Below are positions 19,089-28,720 of a stretch of DNA of 47,959 bases, in pieces (the stretch's first letter is position 1; every line of letters begins with the position of its first letter). The notes beneath the pieces are model-generated. The model was given only the letters and a program-made list of their open reading frames with translations. It had not been told where the DNA came from and did not search any database. The stretch lies in the IMG/VR virus record IMGVR_UViG_3300028840_006985. The stretch is one strand, 5' to 3'. The translations under genes and the position numbers were made by a program. Source of the stretch: a virus. Taxonomy: Duplodnaviria > Heunggongvirae > Uroviricota > Caudoviricetes.

Positions 19089-19835
19089 ATGCCGGCTTCT
19101 CCTGGAAAATTATCATCTGAGCTTGCTAAAGAGGTTTTTAATCAGAAGCTGGCCAATATGTATATTGAGCCAATTCCTAATAAGAATGCTGGTGATGACG
19201 ATCCTCGGCTTAAGGCAGAAAAACCACGCGCATTTCAATATTGGCCCGATGGTATTAATGAATCTCAATCAGCTAATTGGGCGGCGAATGAAATCCCTGG
19301 GGCTTCATTGCCATTATATCAATTTATCTCATTAGGTGAGAGGCCGATTTCATTTACAGTTTATTTTAGTAGAGATGAGGATGGAGAGATAACAGGCAAA
19401 GGCGGAGGTGGGGGTGTTAGCAATTGGGAGAAGGTAAAATCTGCGGCGAAAAGTTTTTTAGGTGGTGGTGGTATACAACAAGATAAACATAATGTAGATA
19501 TAAATGCAGCGATAGCATGGTTAAGGTCTTTGTTGTATCCTGCTTATAAAAATAATGTATACTATCCGCCACGAGTATTAAAATTATATGTTCCCAATGT
19601 TAAACTATCTGCGGCTGATAAGGAAATTATTTATTGTATATTGGTTCAAGTAAGTATAAATTGGATGGCTTTTTTCCCTTCTGGTACTCCAAGATTGGCA
19701 AGTGTGGATTTGGCTTTTAACGAGGTTGCTCAAGTTCCTGAAAAAGGGGTAAAGTTTTATGGGCGAGGACATTGGAGAACGATAGCTGAAAGCTACACTG
19801 TTGCTCCGATACAAAAGCAAAAAGGTTTATTGTAA
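19089..19835 (+). CDS. Contractile tail tube initiator-like protein (CIS_tube / Afp7-Pvc7-like)
   Basis: FQYWPDGINESQSANW...IPGASLPLYQF...RPISFTVYF...PPRV...C....V.INW..FF.SGTPRLASVDLAFNE pattern. Confidence 0.7.
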   Translation: MPASPGKLSSELAKEVFNQKLANMYIEPIPNKNAGDDDPRLKAEKPRAFQYWPDGINESQSANWAANEIPGASLPLYQFISLGERPISFTVYFSRDEDGEITGKGGGGGVSNWEKVKSAAKSFLGGGGIQQDKHNVDINAAIAWLRSLLYPAYKNNVYYPPRVLKLYVPNVKLSAADKEIIYCILVQVSINWMAFFPSGTPRLASVDLAFNEVAQVPEKGVKFYGRGHWRTIAESYTVAPIQKQKGLL

Positions 19836-19857
19836 AAAAAAATAGGAAGTAAAAAAA

Positions 19858-20052
19858 ATGAGTGAAGAAAAAATCGGCTTTTTGAATAACGTGATAATTC
19901 CTGATTCATTTTATGATGTATTAAGGAAAATAGCTAATAATGAGAATAAAACGGTTGTACAAGTTGTAGCAGATGCCTTAGAAGGGCATATAAAAAGAAA
20001 AGAGGCAATCAAGGAGACTAGGCCTAGCAAGCCCAGACTTTTAATAGACTAA
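19858..20052 (+). CDS. Small ribbon-helix-helix-like protein
   Basis: LNNVIIPDSFYDVLRKIANNENKTVVQVVADALE fits a CopG/Arc-like beta-alpha-alpha layout. Confidence 0.5.
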   Translation: MSEEKIGFLNNVIIPDSFYDVLRKIANNENKTVVQVVADALEGHIKRKEAIKETRPSKPRLLID

Positions 20053-20090
20053 AAATTAGATAAATCTTTAACCCTAAAGGAGGTTAGAAA

Positions 20091-20522
20091 ATGCGTTTTA
20101 CAATTTTAATAATGTTGTTATGTTTAATTTTTTCTGGAAATGTATTTGCTGAATTTGATGCAGGAATAACAACTTTAGGGGATGTTGTAGGAGAACTGGG
20201 CGATGTTATAGATACAGTGAAGGGACATGAGAATGTTAGTGCTAATTCTGGAAAATTAATTGCGTTAATGTCTCTACTTGCTGTAGTGTTTAAGTTTTTA
20301 ATATCTTTTCTAAAGTTTAGTTCTGTGTGGTTTAAATCTAACAAGGGTAAAAATATAATTAAGATCATAACGCTGTTATTAGGGGTAGGAACATTTTTTG
20401 TTTCAAATATGGCTTTAGGGGTTTCATGGTGGGATTCATTTGTTTTAGCTTTATCTGGTCCGATGTCAATGGCTATTCATGAGATTACAAAAATATTGCC
20501 TTCTATAAGAGATAAAAAATGA
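20091..20522 (+). CDS. Multi-pass membrane protein (holin-like candidate)
   Basis: N-terminal hydrophobic signal plus 2-3 hydrophobic segments, basic C-terminus, AGGAGG RBS. Confidence 0.5.
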   Translation: MRFTILIMLLCLIFSGNVFAEFDAGITTLGDVVGELGDVIDTVKGHENVSANSGKLIALMSLLAVVFKFLISFLKFSSVWFKSNKGKNIIKIITLLLGVGTFFVSNMALGVSWWDSFVLALSGPMSMAIHEITKILPSIRDKK

Positions 20523-20824
20523 AAAAGTTTTTATTTTCATTTAAAGCGGTATTTTATCTTGTTAAGAAATATGCGTGGTTGGTTTTTGGAGGAATTATTT
20601 TTGCCGTTGTAGTCATTTTTTTAAATAAGAAAAAAAATGAAGCAATAAATAATATTTCGGAAAAGATATCAAGAGAACAAGTAAATTTTGATATAGAAGT
20701 AAGCAAGATAAGAGCTGATACTAATGAAAAAATTAACGAGCTTGAAGATATAAAAAAAGTTGATGATAATTCGGAAAGACTTAAAAAATTAGCCGCTTTT
20801 TTGACCAATGAATTTAATAAGTGA
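20519..20824 (+). CDS. Single-TM coiled-coil protein (i-spanin-like candidate)
   Basis: N-terminal TM (YAWLVFGGIIFAVVVIFL) followed by a charged helix. ATGA overlap with the upstream membrane gene. Confidence 0.45.
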   Translation: MKKFLFSFKAVFYLVKKYAWLVFGGIIFAVVVIFLNKKKNEAINNISEKISREQVNFDIEVSKIRADTNEKINELEDIKKVDDNSERLKKLAAFLTNEFNK

Positions 20825-20833
20825 TAGAATGAT

Positions 20834-21130
20834 ATGCGCACTACTTCCCCGCTTGTTATTAATAAAAAGGGATATTCTAGTAAAAATAGAGAGGGGATTC
20901 CACTTTCTGGCACATATAATGGAGTGAATCGTGCTTTTACTTTACCGGAGCCAGCGGTTATTGATCCTCCAAAGACTATTCTAAAGCTTTATCATAATGG
21001 TAGGAGAATGCATCAGAGTGAATTTCAAGCCTATGAGAGTGTTCCAGGTGATGGCTATGATTTGATAACAATTATAGCATTTGCCCCTCAAAGCACGGCT
21101 GTTTTGGTGGCAGATTTTATTAGATTTTAA
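20834..21130 (+). CDS. Small beta-sandwich virion protein
   Basis: GTYNGVNRAFTLP...LYHNGRR module resembles the beta modules at the C-termini of 8567 and 21160. Confidence 0.55.
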   Translation: MRTTSPLVINKKGYSSKNREGIPLSGTYNGVNRAFTLPEPAVIDPPKTILKLYHNGRRMHQSEFQAYESVPGDGYDLITIIAFAPQSTAVLVADFIRF

Positions 21131-21159
21131 TATTTTATTTATAAACGGAGGTAAAATAT

Positions 21160-23103
21160 ATGCCTGTTGCAACTGGTAAATTAGAACAATTAAATGATAT
21201 TCAAGGTAGTATCAATTATGATCAGACTAAGACTCTTGCTGACGAGCCAAATTCAAGGGGTGAACAGCAAGAATCAGGATCTGGTAATGGCACAACCGAC
21301 AATTTTAATGAGGATAGTGGTGTAGTTACGTTAACTATTGGAGGGGCGACCTGGACTAGCGATTATATGGGTAAGTTTATTACTATTTCAAGTGCTACGT
21401 CTGGCGGCAATGATGGAACTTTTATGATTCAGTCGGTTCCGTCAGGGACAACGTTAACGTATTATAATTCGTCTGGTGTCGATGAGGTATTTGGTGGCGA
21501 TTATGTTATTAACGATCCATATAGTTTAGAAACTGAGATGAATCTTATCCGGACGGATCGTAGGTTAGTAAAAGGAACTACTAATTATTACGATGCGATT
21601 CCTACCTATGAACGTCCTTCAGCTGTTGGGACTGATGTTGACGCTAATTTGACTAATTTAGCTGGTAAAACTCTTGATGCGAAAACAATTGATATTTCTG
21701 CAAAGCAATCTGGAGTTAGCTTAAGGCCAACAATTAGTGGATCTGATTTAACGTTAGCGATTGGAGATGAAACTGCTGAATTTACCGATATGCATTTTGT
21801 GTCGGGTGATTTAGATAGTTTTATTACTATTTCTGGTTCTACTGATGCAGATGGAACATATCGGATTGAGGCTGTTACAGATGGTAATACTCTTGAGTTG
21901 GATGGTCTTAGTTCGGCTACTGCAGAAGGTTCAATTTCTTGGAAGTTGGAATCTGATTTAAAAGGTATTTTATCAACAAGAGGATATGCTGATACGGTTG
22001 ATAGAAGAGGTATTCCTATTGCTGATTCAGGTGGTGAAGATGTTACAAATTATAATTCAACATTTGTTGAAGTTATCGATACAACTACGGGTGGACGTCC
22101 CGTGGATGAGGCTGGGAATGAACTTTATGCTAGATCGTATGGCGATGAAAAAGATCCCAATAAAACTGCTACCAATGAGGGGGCCCGGTTTTTTGCTCAA
22201 TTGATTTATGGAACAAATAATGGATCGGCGACAGAAGAGGAATTAGAACCCATCTCTGGACGAAGCGGATCGGCGGCCAGCGTTACAGATTCCTCTACAA
22301 ACGTTACTGGTCTTTCTGGAATGACAGAGCAAGATATAGGACGGTATCTAACAATTTATGGCTGTGCGGTAGATGGTAATCAACGACATGCTCAAATTAC
22401 TGCTGTAACTTCTGCTACGGCGGTAACGGTAGATGGTTCTAATTTTGCTACAGATGGAAATAGCGGATCGATAAAATGGCAAGTGTCAAGACATCCTGGG
22501 ACGTGGGACTTTTATAATGCAGATCGTTATCGTTTTGACGAATTACCAGACGCAGCATTTAGAACAACATTGATTGGCGGTATTCAAGCAGATGCTAAAT
22601 TAACTGAAGATATTTCTCAGTTGAGAGAATTTGTTGGTGCTGCAGACGGGGACACCACGCCGACATTAACTAATACTGGTGGCGAATATATATTTAGTGA
22701 TCTTTCGAATGCGGCTGATACTACTTTGGAAGAAATAGTCAATACTTTTAATGCTGAAATTGGTGATAGGAGTTATTCTGGTACGGTTTTAAATGATGGA
22801 GAGACAATTGCTACCTCGTTACAAAATCTTGCTAATGCTATATCGGCGTCTTCTGTAACACGGACGATTGAAAGGCCAGCATCGGCGGTATCTAAAGATG
22901 TAGCTCATTCTTTACCAAGCGGCACATATACTCTTGATGGCACTGACAACGGGGCTAACTTATGGTTATTTGTTCGTGGGGTTTTATGGCATCCTGGAGA
23001 TGATTTAAGAACTGATAGATATGAAGAAACATCAACAACTCAAATTACGCCGTATGAAAACATAAATGCATATTCTCCAATAGATTATTTTGTTCTTCAG
23101 TAA
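21160..23103 (+). CDS. Structural (fibre/baseplate) protein with three small beta-barrel repeats, 647 aa
   Basis: GKFITISSAT...DGTFMI, DSFITISGST..DGTYRI and GRYLTIYG...I repeats. Acidic and G/T-rich. GGAGG RBS. Confidence 0.65.
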   Translation: MPVATGKLEQLNDIQGSINYDQTKTLADEPNSRGEQQESGSGNGTTDNFNEDSGVVTLTIGGATWTSDYMGKFITISSATSGGNDGTFMIQSVPSGTTLTYYNSSGVDEVFGGDYVINDPYSLETEMNLIRTDRRLVKGTTNYYDAIPTYERPSAVGTDVDANLTNLAGKTLDAKTIDISAKQSGVSLRPTISGSDLTLAIGDETAEFTDMHFVSGDLDSFITISGSTDADGTYRIEAVTDGNTLELDGLSSATAEGSISWKLESDLKGILSTRGYADTVDRRGIPIADSGGEDVTNYNSTFVEVIDTTTGGRPVDEAGNELYARSYGDEKDPNKTATNEGARFFAQLIYGTNNGSATEEELEPISGRSGSAASVTDSSTNVTGLSGMTEQDIGRYLTIYGCAVDGNQRHAQITAVTSATAVTVDGSNFATDGNSGSIKWQVSRHPGTWDFYNADRYRFDELPDAAFRTTLIGGIQADAKLTEDISQLREFVGAADGDTTPTLTNTGGEYIFSDLSNAADTTLEEIVNTFNAEIGDRSYSGTVLNDGETIATSLQNLANAISASSVTRTIERPASAVSKDVAHSLPSGTYTLDGTDNGANLWLFVRGVLWHPGDDLRTDRYEETSTTQITPYENINAYSPIDYFVLQ

Positions 23104-23113
23104 AAGGTGTTGA

Positions 23114-23428
23114 TTGAAACGTAAGGAACTAATTGAAGAGACTGGTTTTACATCAAGTGAAATTCTTCCTACTACAACATGTGATTGTTATGGTAGGAAG
23201 AATTCTAATTGTCAAAAATGTGATGGTAAAGGGGTAATAAAAAATTCCAAATATCCACATGACGGAATGTGTAAATCTGGTCATTACACAAAGTGTAAGA
23301 GATTTTTTAAGGTGAGTGGAAGGAAGTTAAAAAGGGAGTTTTGGGGTATTTATTGTGAAGATTGTATTAGAGTTGCTTATAAAATAGCTAACAAGATAAA
23401 AAATCGGAGTGTTTATGGCAGTAATTGA
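23114..23428 (+). CDS. Cys-rich zinc-binding protein
   Basis: CDC...CQKCDGKG (DnaJ-like CxxCxGxG) and a second C...C...CEDC cluster. TTG start with aaggtg SD. Confidence 0.6.
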   Translation: MKRKELIEETGFTSSEILPTTTCDCYGRKNSNCQKCDGKGVIKNSKYPHDGMCKSGHYTKCKRFFKVSGRKLKREFWGIYCEDCIRVAYKIANKIKNRSVYGSN

Positions 23429-24005
23429 TAAGCAATATCAGACGCAAATGCGAGGTGGAACATATAATGATAATTTGGTTCGTTTACAGTCAGAGTTTTT
23501 CGAAATAGTAAAAAGTGGGGTTTCACCAAGGGGATTGCATCATATGTTGGGGCGATTATTAAAGGCATTTGAGAATCAAAGAGTGGAGTGTAATAGGCAG
23601 ATAAGGAAACTTGAGGCTGAGTTAAATTTTAATGAAGGTACAGCAAATGCTTGTTGTATGTTTTCGAATCTTATTTTGTCAATGTTAGAAGGATATAATA
23701 GAGACGGGCTATTAAGTGGTATAAGTCCGGAAGAGATGAAAAAGAGTAAAGACATAGAACAAGTTGAGAAGGTTGAGGAAGAAGTTGACAAGTTAAAAAA
23801 GGAAGAAGAGAGAATAAAGGCAGAGATGCTTAAAAAATATTGTGCTAATTGTGGATGTCAAGATGAAGGAGACATGGAGAAATGTGATTGTAGTTGTCAT
23901 AATGGAAAACATTGTGGCAATGAACATTGCATAGTTTGCAATGATTTAAGCAATTATTTTCTTTTGAAAAAAAAGAAACGCAGTACGAGAAAAAAGAAAA
24001 AGTAA
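23415..24005 (+). CDS. Coiled-coil protein with Cys/His-rich C-terminus and basic tail
   Basis: ATG at 23415 has a ggag SD. CANCGC...CDCSCH...HC...HCIVC followed by KKKKRSTRKKKK. Confidence 0.65.
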   Translation: MAVIDKQYQTQMRGGTYNDNLVRLQSEFFEIVKSGVSPRGLHHMLGRLLKAFENQRVECNRQIRKLEAELNFNEGTANACCMFSNLILSMLEGYNRDGLLSGISPEEMKKSKDIEQVEKVEEEVDKLKKEEERIKAEMLKKYCANCGCQDEGDMEKCDCSCHNGKHCGNEHCIVCNDLSNYFLLKKKKRSTRKKKK

Positions 24006-24006
24006 A

Positions 24007-24618
24007 ATGGGTGGACTTTTAAAAGAAGATTTTAAAGATTTGGACTTTATTGACGCGGTAGAATTAGCGTCTAATGGTACAACATCATATTCTACAGGCG
24101 TGACAGTCGTTTCTACGACGGCATCAACTAAAAGAATAGTATTTTCTGGTATAAATCTTCTTTACGACAAAGATGAAAGAGCAGAATCAGATGATTTAAT
24201 CACTTTAAGCGGAACGTCAGGCGGTGGTGCAGCTGATGGAACATATACAATAGATAACGTAATAGATGAAACGACAGTTGATGTTGTAGAATCTATAGTA
24301 GATTCTACAGGGGGTACTGCAGTTTTTAAACATCCTCCCGGGGCAATTAAAGTAGGCATTGATCCAACTAATATTGATGGTGTAACTTCAAGTGAGCTTC
24401 AAGAAGGATTAGAGCAATTATCACAAGCGGTAGGATCGGATGATAAAAAAGTTCAAGTTGACTCTGCTGATGCATCATATGATTATTTGTATAATAAATT
24501 ACAAGAAGGTGACAATATAACATTAACAAAAGTTGACACTGGTAGCGGTGTCTTAGTGGTTAAAATTGATGCAGGGGCTGGGAGATGGTGGCGGCATTTT
24601 TTAACTATGGGGGGATAA
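24007..24618 (+). CDS. Virion structural protein (fibre-associated)
   Basis: DLITLSGT...DGTYTI module as in 21160. C-terminal FLTMGG is a fibre-end motif I recall preceding genes like the next one. Confidence 0.55.
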   Translation: MGGLLKEDFKDLDFIDAVELASNGTTSYSTGVTVVSTTASTKRIVFSGINLLYDKDERAESDDLITLSGTSGGGAADGTYTIDNVIDETTVDVVESIVDSTGGTAVFKHPPGAIKVGIDPTNIDGVTSSELQEGLEQLSQAVGSDDKKVQVDSADASYDYLYNKLQEGDNITLTKVDTGSGVLVVKIDAGAGRWWRHFLTMGG

Positions 24619-24619
24619 A

Positions 24620-24949
24620 ATGGCTGAAACGATTAAGGTATTAGCACAGTCAAACCCGTCGGCAACAACTTTGACAGATATGTATACTGTTCCTGGGTCA
24701 ACGACTGCTGTCATATCCACATTATGTATTTGCAATCGCACTGCGGCGACTAGAACAGTTAGGGTATCAATTGCTATTGGGGGGGCTTCGGACTCTCTTG
24801 AGCAATATATTTATTACGATGTTAAGGTATTAAAAAACGATTCGACTTTTGCAACCATAGGAATTACCCTTGCAGCTACTGATGTGATGAGAGTTTATAC
24901 GGATGCAATTGGGGTATCGTTTTCGATTTTCGGTACGGAGATTACCTAA
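24620..24949 (+). CDS. Small beta-sandwich virion protein
   Basis: KVLAQSNPSATTLTDMYTVP...ICNR...GITL...D...V...FSIFGTEIT, a phage small-protein pattern recalled from tail regions. Confidence 0.65.
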   Translation: MAETIKVLAQSNPSATTLTDMYTVPGSTTAVISTLCICNRTAATRTVRVSIAIGGASDSLEQYIYYDVKVLKNDSTFATIGITLAATDVMRVYTDAIGVSFSIFGTEIT

Positions 24950-26625
24950 TGGGAGCTACAAAATCATTACAGGCATCATATATTACAGATGATGACGGAA
25001 ATGCTGTTGGAGTAATATTGGATGGAACGATTTACCGGATTCAACAGATAGGTAAACTTCTTAATGCTAGTGGTGCACAGATTAATCCATCTACTGAAGA
25101 TACTCTTTCGAATGTTGATACCAAATTAGGAACAATTGACGGGGTTCTTGATTCTATTAAAGATACTGATGGAATTAAAAAAATTACCGATGCGTTACCT
25201 GCTGGTACTAATATAGTTGGCAAAGTTAATATAAGTGATGGGACAGATATTATTCTCATTTCTGGAGGCGGTGCAGCTAGGTTTACAGAATTCGATGATG
25301 ATGCTAGTCCTGTTCAATTACCTGTAAAAGATAATACCGATATACCAACAAATACACATGGAAAAATAATGGCGGGTAAAGACCCGTTAGGCAAATCGCA
25401 ATTTGTAAAAACAACCTCTAGCGGAGAAGTAATTACAGCAGGCAGTGAGACAAATATTACAGGATTTAGTGAAACAAGAGTTGCTAGTCCTTATTTGGTT
25501 GGTAACTATGTCAATAAATATGAATTAGATGATTATTGGTATGATACGGATATATCTGGAGGAGGAACAATAACACATCTCCCTTTGCAAAGTGCAATTA
25601 AATTGCAAGTGGGTGGAACAGACGGAGACGAAGCAAGATTAAGAACTAATAACTATTTCAGATATCAAGCTGGAAGATCTATTTTAACACGTATTAGTGG
25701 TTATTGCTCTGATAGTGGACAAACGAATCAAATTAGAAGATGGGGAATATTCGACGATAACGATGGATTGTTTTTTGAACAAAGCGGAGGGATAATTTAT
25801 GTTGTTAGCAGAACATCTACTAGTGGGTCAGCAGTAGATACTAAAATAGCCCAAGCATCTTGGAATAAAGATGTTATGGATGGCAATGGTGGTTCTGGGA
25901 TAAATATTGATTACACAAAGGCCAATATTTGGGAAATTACACTCCAATGGTTAGGGGCTGGCATTGTCTCTTTTTATATTGATGGTGTTTTAGTTCACAG
26001 ACTTGATAATCCTAATACTTTTACAGCCCCATATATGAAAACTGCTGTGCTTCCGTTATCATGGGAGGTTGTTAACGATGGAACTTCAGCTACTGGTGGT
26101 TTTACATTTATTTGCGCATCAGTGAGCATTGAGGGTGGAGATGAATTGCCCGAGTATACTTTTGGTGCATATAATCCTGACGATGTTATTATTGGTATTA
26201 CTGAAACACCAATTTTATCAATAAGGCCAAATACTACATTTAATGGGATTGATAATAGGATGGTAATGATACCCATATTCGCTACAGTATCTACAGATGG
26301 AGCAAGAGCAAGTTATCGAATCGTGCTTAATGGGACATTAACAGCTGCATCATGGGGAACTGTTAATGCTGAATCTGTTGCCCAATATGATACGGCAGCA
26401 ACAGCATTAAGTGGCGGTGTAACTCTATTAAGAGGTATGTTACCTAATGCTATCGATGCGGTAGAACTTGATTTTTCTAGAATATTTAATGCGTTCAGTC
26501 GAGCGCTACGAATGAAAGCATTTTCTACTGATGTTGATGTATTAACTGTTATGTGTAGAAACGAAAAAAACACTGGTGGTACCACAAACATGCGTGCTTC
26601 CTTAACTTGGCAGGAGGTTCGGTAA
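24949..26625 (+). CDS. Virion protein with concanavalin-like beta-sandwich (558 aa)
   Basis: FRYQAGR...RRWGIFDDNDGLFFE...WN.D..DG.G.SG...QWLGAG...FYIDG pattern, beta-rich. Confidence 0.6.
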   Translation: MGATKSLQASYITDDDGNAVGVILDGTIYRIQQIGKLLNASGAQINPSTEDTLSNVDTKLGTIDGVLDSIKDTDGIKKITDALPAGTNIVGKVNISDGTDIILISGGGAARFTEFDDDASPVQLPVKDNTDIPTNTHGKIMAGKDPLGKSQFVKTTSSGEVITAGSETNITGFSETRVASPYLVGNYVNKYELDDYWYDTDISGGGTITHLPLQSAIKLQVGGTDGDEARLRTNNYFRYQAGRSILTRISGYCSDSGQTNQIRRWGIFDDNDGLFFEQSGGIIYVVSRTSTSGSAVDTKIAQASWNKDVMDGNGGSGINIDYTKANIWEITLQWLGAGIVSFYIDGVLVHRLDNPNTFTAPYMKTAVLPLSWEVVNDGTSATGGFTFICASVSIEGGDELPEYTFGAYNPDDVIIGITETPILSIRPNTTFNGIDNRMVMIPIFATVSTDGARASYRIVLNGTLTAASWGTVNAESVAQYDTAATALSGGVTLLRGMLPNAIDAVELDFSRIFNAFSRALRMKAFSTDVDVLTVMCRNEKNTGGTTNMRASLTWQEVR

Positions 26626-27068
26626 TGACACAACTGATAGGACCTCCAGTAACAACTTATCCTCCATTTCAGCCGAACGGAACAACATCAGTTAATATTT
26701 ATGCTGATGATCCGTTGATTATTAACAATAACAATTCGCCACATAATACTGATTATGTAATTCCTAATGGAAAAGTTTTAAGGATTCAAGCCATTTTTAT
26801 TAGTTCATCTAGAGATTCATCAGGAAAAGGATCTAGAGTTGAAGTAATTTATGATAATGGAACAGAATATGTAATTGCAAGGGTACACGTTAACAGTGGG
26901 AATCCGTATTCAAGATTTTTTGCAGATATTAGTAAATCACGAAACGGTACGGATTTACATGGTGATGGCAGTGATAAAATAGTTGTAAGAAGAACAAAAT
27001 TGACTTCTGGATCTGACCATGAAGTTGATGTAGAAATTCAGGCATATTTGGAAGATATTCCATCGTAA
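26625..27068 (+). CDS. Hypothetical virion protein
   Basis: ATG at 26625 (TAATG overlap) with AGGAGG RBS, preferred over the track start at 26607. Confidence 0.6.
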   Translation: MTQLIGPPVTTYPPFQPNGTTSVNIYADDPLIINNNNSPHNTDYVIPNGKVLRIQAIFISSSRDSSGKGSRVEVIYDNGTEYVIARVHVNSGNPYSRFFADISKSRNGTDLHGDGSDKIVVRRTKLTSGSDHEVDVEIQAYLEDIPS

Positions 27069-27077
27069 GGTTTAAAG

Positions 27078-28022
27078 ATGTTACCAACACGACATATGAC
27101 GTTATCCTATGAATTATGGAAGCAGGCTGTTAATGCATATGGTTTTGCTGTATATCATTTGAGTGAGGATAATGGAAATATAATTATTTTTTCTGGATCT
27201 AGTTCTGCTGTATTGATCTCTATGGTTAATAACAATATTAACAGTAGTGATTATAGTGATTGGAATACTAATTTTCAGTCTGATTCAACCTCAGTGTCTT
27301 TTTATGATGATGCTATATTAAGAGTGGCTGGATGTTGCTCGTTAAAACCTGTTCCAAGAGCACATGATGGAAAAATAATTCAAACGCTTAACGCTTATGA
27401 AGAGAATTTAAATCTCTATGTCGCTGGTCGTGGAGATACCGCGTCGAATATTGGAGATGGGACACAATTTTATACAAGTAGAACATCAACTGGCACTACT
27501 ACAGTGGAATTTTTCTTTAGAGATTGGGTACAATTAGGTGGTGGTGAAATCTGGTATAGTGGTATGAAAAAAGAAGATCATATTACTATGTATGTATCTA
27601 TTCCGGCAACCCCAGTAACAGAAAATGGCTCCAACGAGGGCAATGTAAACATTGTTAGCAACATAATTGTACCTGCTGCTGGCGATGGAACACATGATTT
27701 AACTTTAGCTGATGGAATACCAATTATATCATCGGATAGTACTGGGTACTGGAACTGGGATTGGCCTAATTCTGGTGAAGGTAATATAACAGCTGCTGTT
27801 GGTGGTGACGGGAACATTCATTTATCAGATATTGCGTATAGTACGGTATATTTAAATATTGGGCATATGATAGGCAGTGGACATATGTCTGATACGTTTG
27901 CGGGAGTTTTGCCTAAAAAACTGTTACCTCAATGGAAAGGTAAAGTAGAATTATATACTAGCGGCTCGCATACAGTTGAAATTAGCTGGATGATTGTTAG
28001 CGCAAGATATTATTCTAGCTAA
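27078..28022 (+). CDS. Hypothetical virion protein (314 aa)
   Basis: G/S/T/N-rich, beta-like composition within the structural run. Confidence 0.6.
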   Translation: MLPTRHMTLSYELWKQAVNAYGFAVYHLSEDNGNIIIFSGSSSAVLISMVNNNINSSDYSDWNTNFQSDSTSVSFYDDAILRVAGCCSLKPVPRAHDGKIIQTLNAYEENLNLYVAGRGDTASNIGDGTQFYTSRTSTGTTTVEFFFRDWVQLGGGEIWYSGMKKEDHITMYVSIPATPVTENGSNEGNVNIVSNIIVPAAGDGTHDLTLADGIPIISSDSTGYWNWDWPNSGEGNITAAVGGDGNIHLSDIAYSTVYLNIGHMIGSGHMSDTFAGVLPKKLLPQWKGKVELYTSGSHTVEISWMIVSARYYSS

Positions 28023-28044
28023 CAACAATGAGGAATTTTTAACA

Positions 28045-28398
28045 ATGAAAAATATTGAAATAGTTGATAAAATAATAAGTAGCAAAAAATATACATTAAA
28101 TAAATATAGTATCTGGGGAATTTACTCAGCTCCGACAAAACGAAGCGTAATGTCGGCTGGGTATAAACCACCTGTTTTTCTTTGTGCTGCTGAGGGCACA
28201 TATGAAGATGTTGTAGAAAATGCGGTTGACGATGTTAAGGGTTTTGTTAATGGTGATAATTATGGTGAAATTAGAGAGTTGGCCATTAAAAAAATTGATA
28301 AATCTTCTAAAATAACAAAATTGAACAAAGAAAAAAATGACTTATTAGATAAAATATCTGAAATTGACTCTAAGATAGCTGATTTGGCTGGAGATTAG
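28045..28398 (+). CDS. Hypothetical protein with C-terminal coiled coil
   Basis: ATG at 28045 follows a gagga SD and avoids the overlap created by the track start at 27994. Confidence 0.55.
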   Translation: MKNIEIVDKIISSKKYTLNKYSIWGIYSAPTKRSVMSAGYKPPVFLCAAEGTYEDVVENAVDDVKGFVNGDNYGEIRELAIKKIDKSSKITKLNKEKNDLLDKISEIDSKIADLAGD

Positions 28399-28399
28399 G

Positions 28400-28720
28400 A
28401 TGATTAGCTATTTCGAATTTATAATTTTCATGGAAAGTTTATTTGATTTGTGGAGTATAGTCCATTTTGCGTTTTATTTATTTTTGGGGGCGTCATTAGT
28501 ATTTATTACTACAAAATGGAGATATTTAATACTTGTTATAACGGCTTGCGGTGTTATGTGGGAATTGTTTGAACATTTTATTGCTAGGCCGTATATTAAT
28601 GGCGCGACTAATGAGGTTTTTATGAATTCGTGGGTGGGTGATTTGGTATCTAATTTTATTGGTGGGATTATAGGTTTTATAATTGGTTTAAAGGCGAAGA
28701 AAGAAAATGAGCAAGAATGA
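28400..28720 (+). CDS. Small membrane protein (DUF2585/VanZ-like)
   Basis: Three hydrophobic segments with DLWSIVH...WELFE...E...NSWVGDLVSN polar motifs. Confidence 0.55.
   Translation: MISYFEFIIFMESLFDLWSIVHFAFYLFLGASLVFITTKWRYLILVITACGVMWELFEHFIARPYINGATNEVFMNSWVGDLVSNFIGGIIGFIIGLKAKKENEQE

Noticed and set aside
19484-19494. Possible target of the TnpB guide (taaacataatg also occurs here)
   Set aside because: An 11-nt AT-rich match is plausible by chance, and the local TnpB lacks its N-terminal portion.
20067-20088. Hairpin occluding the RBS of the holin-like gene (tttaacc/ggttaga)
   Set aside because: A short AU-rich stem of marginal stability, with no dual-start motif to support a lambda S-like control.
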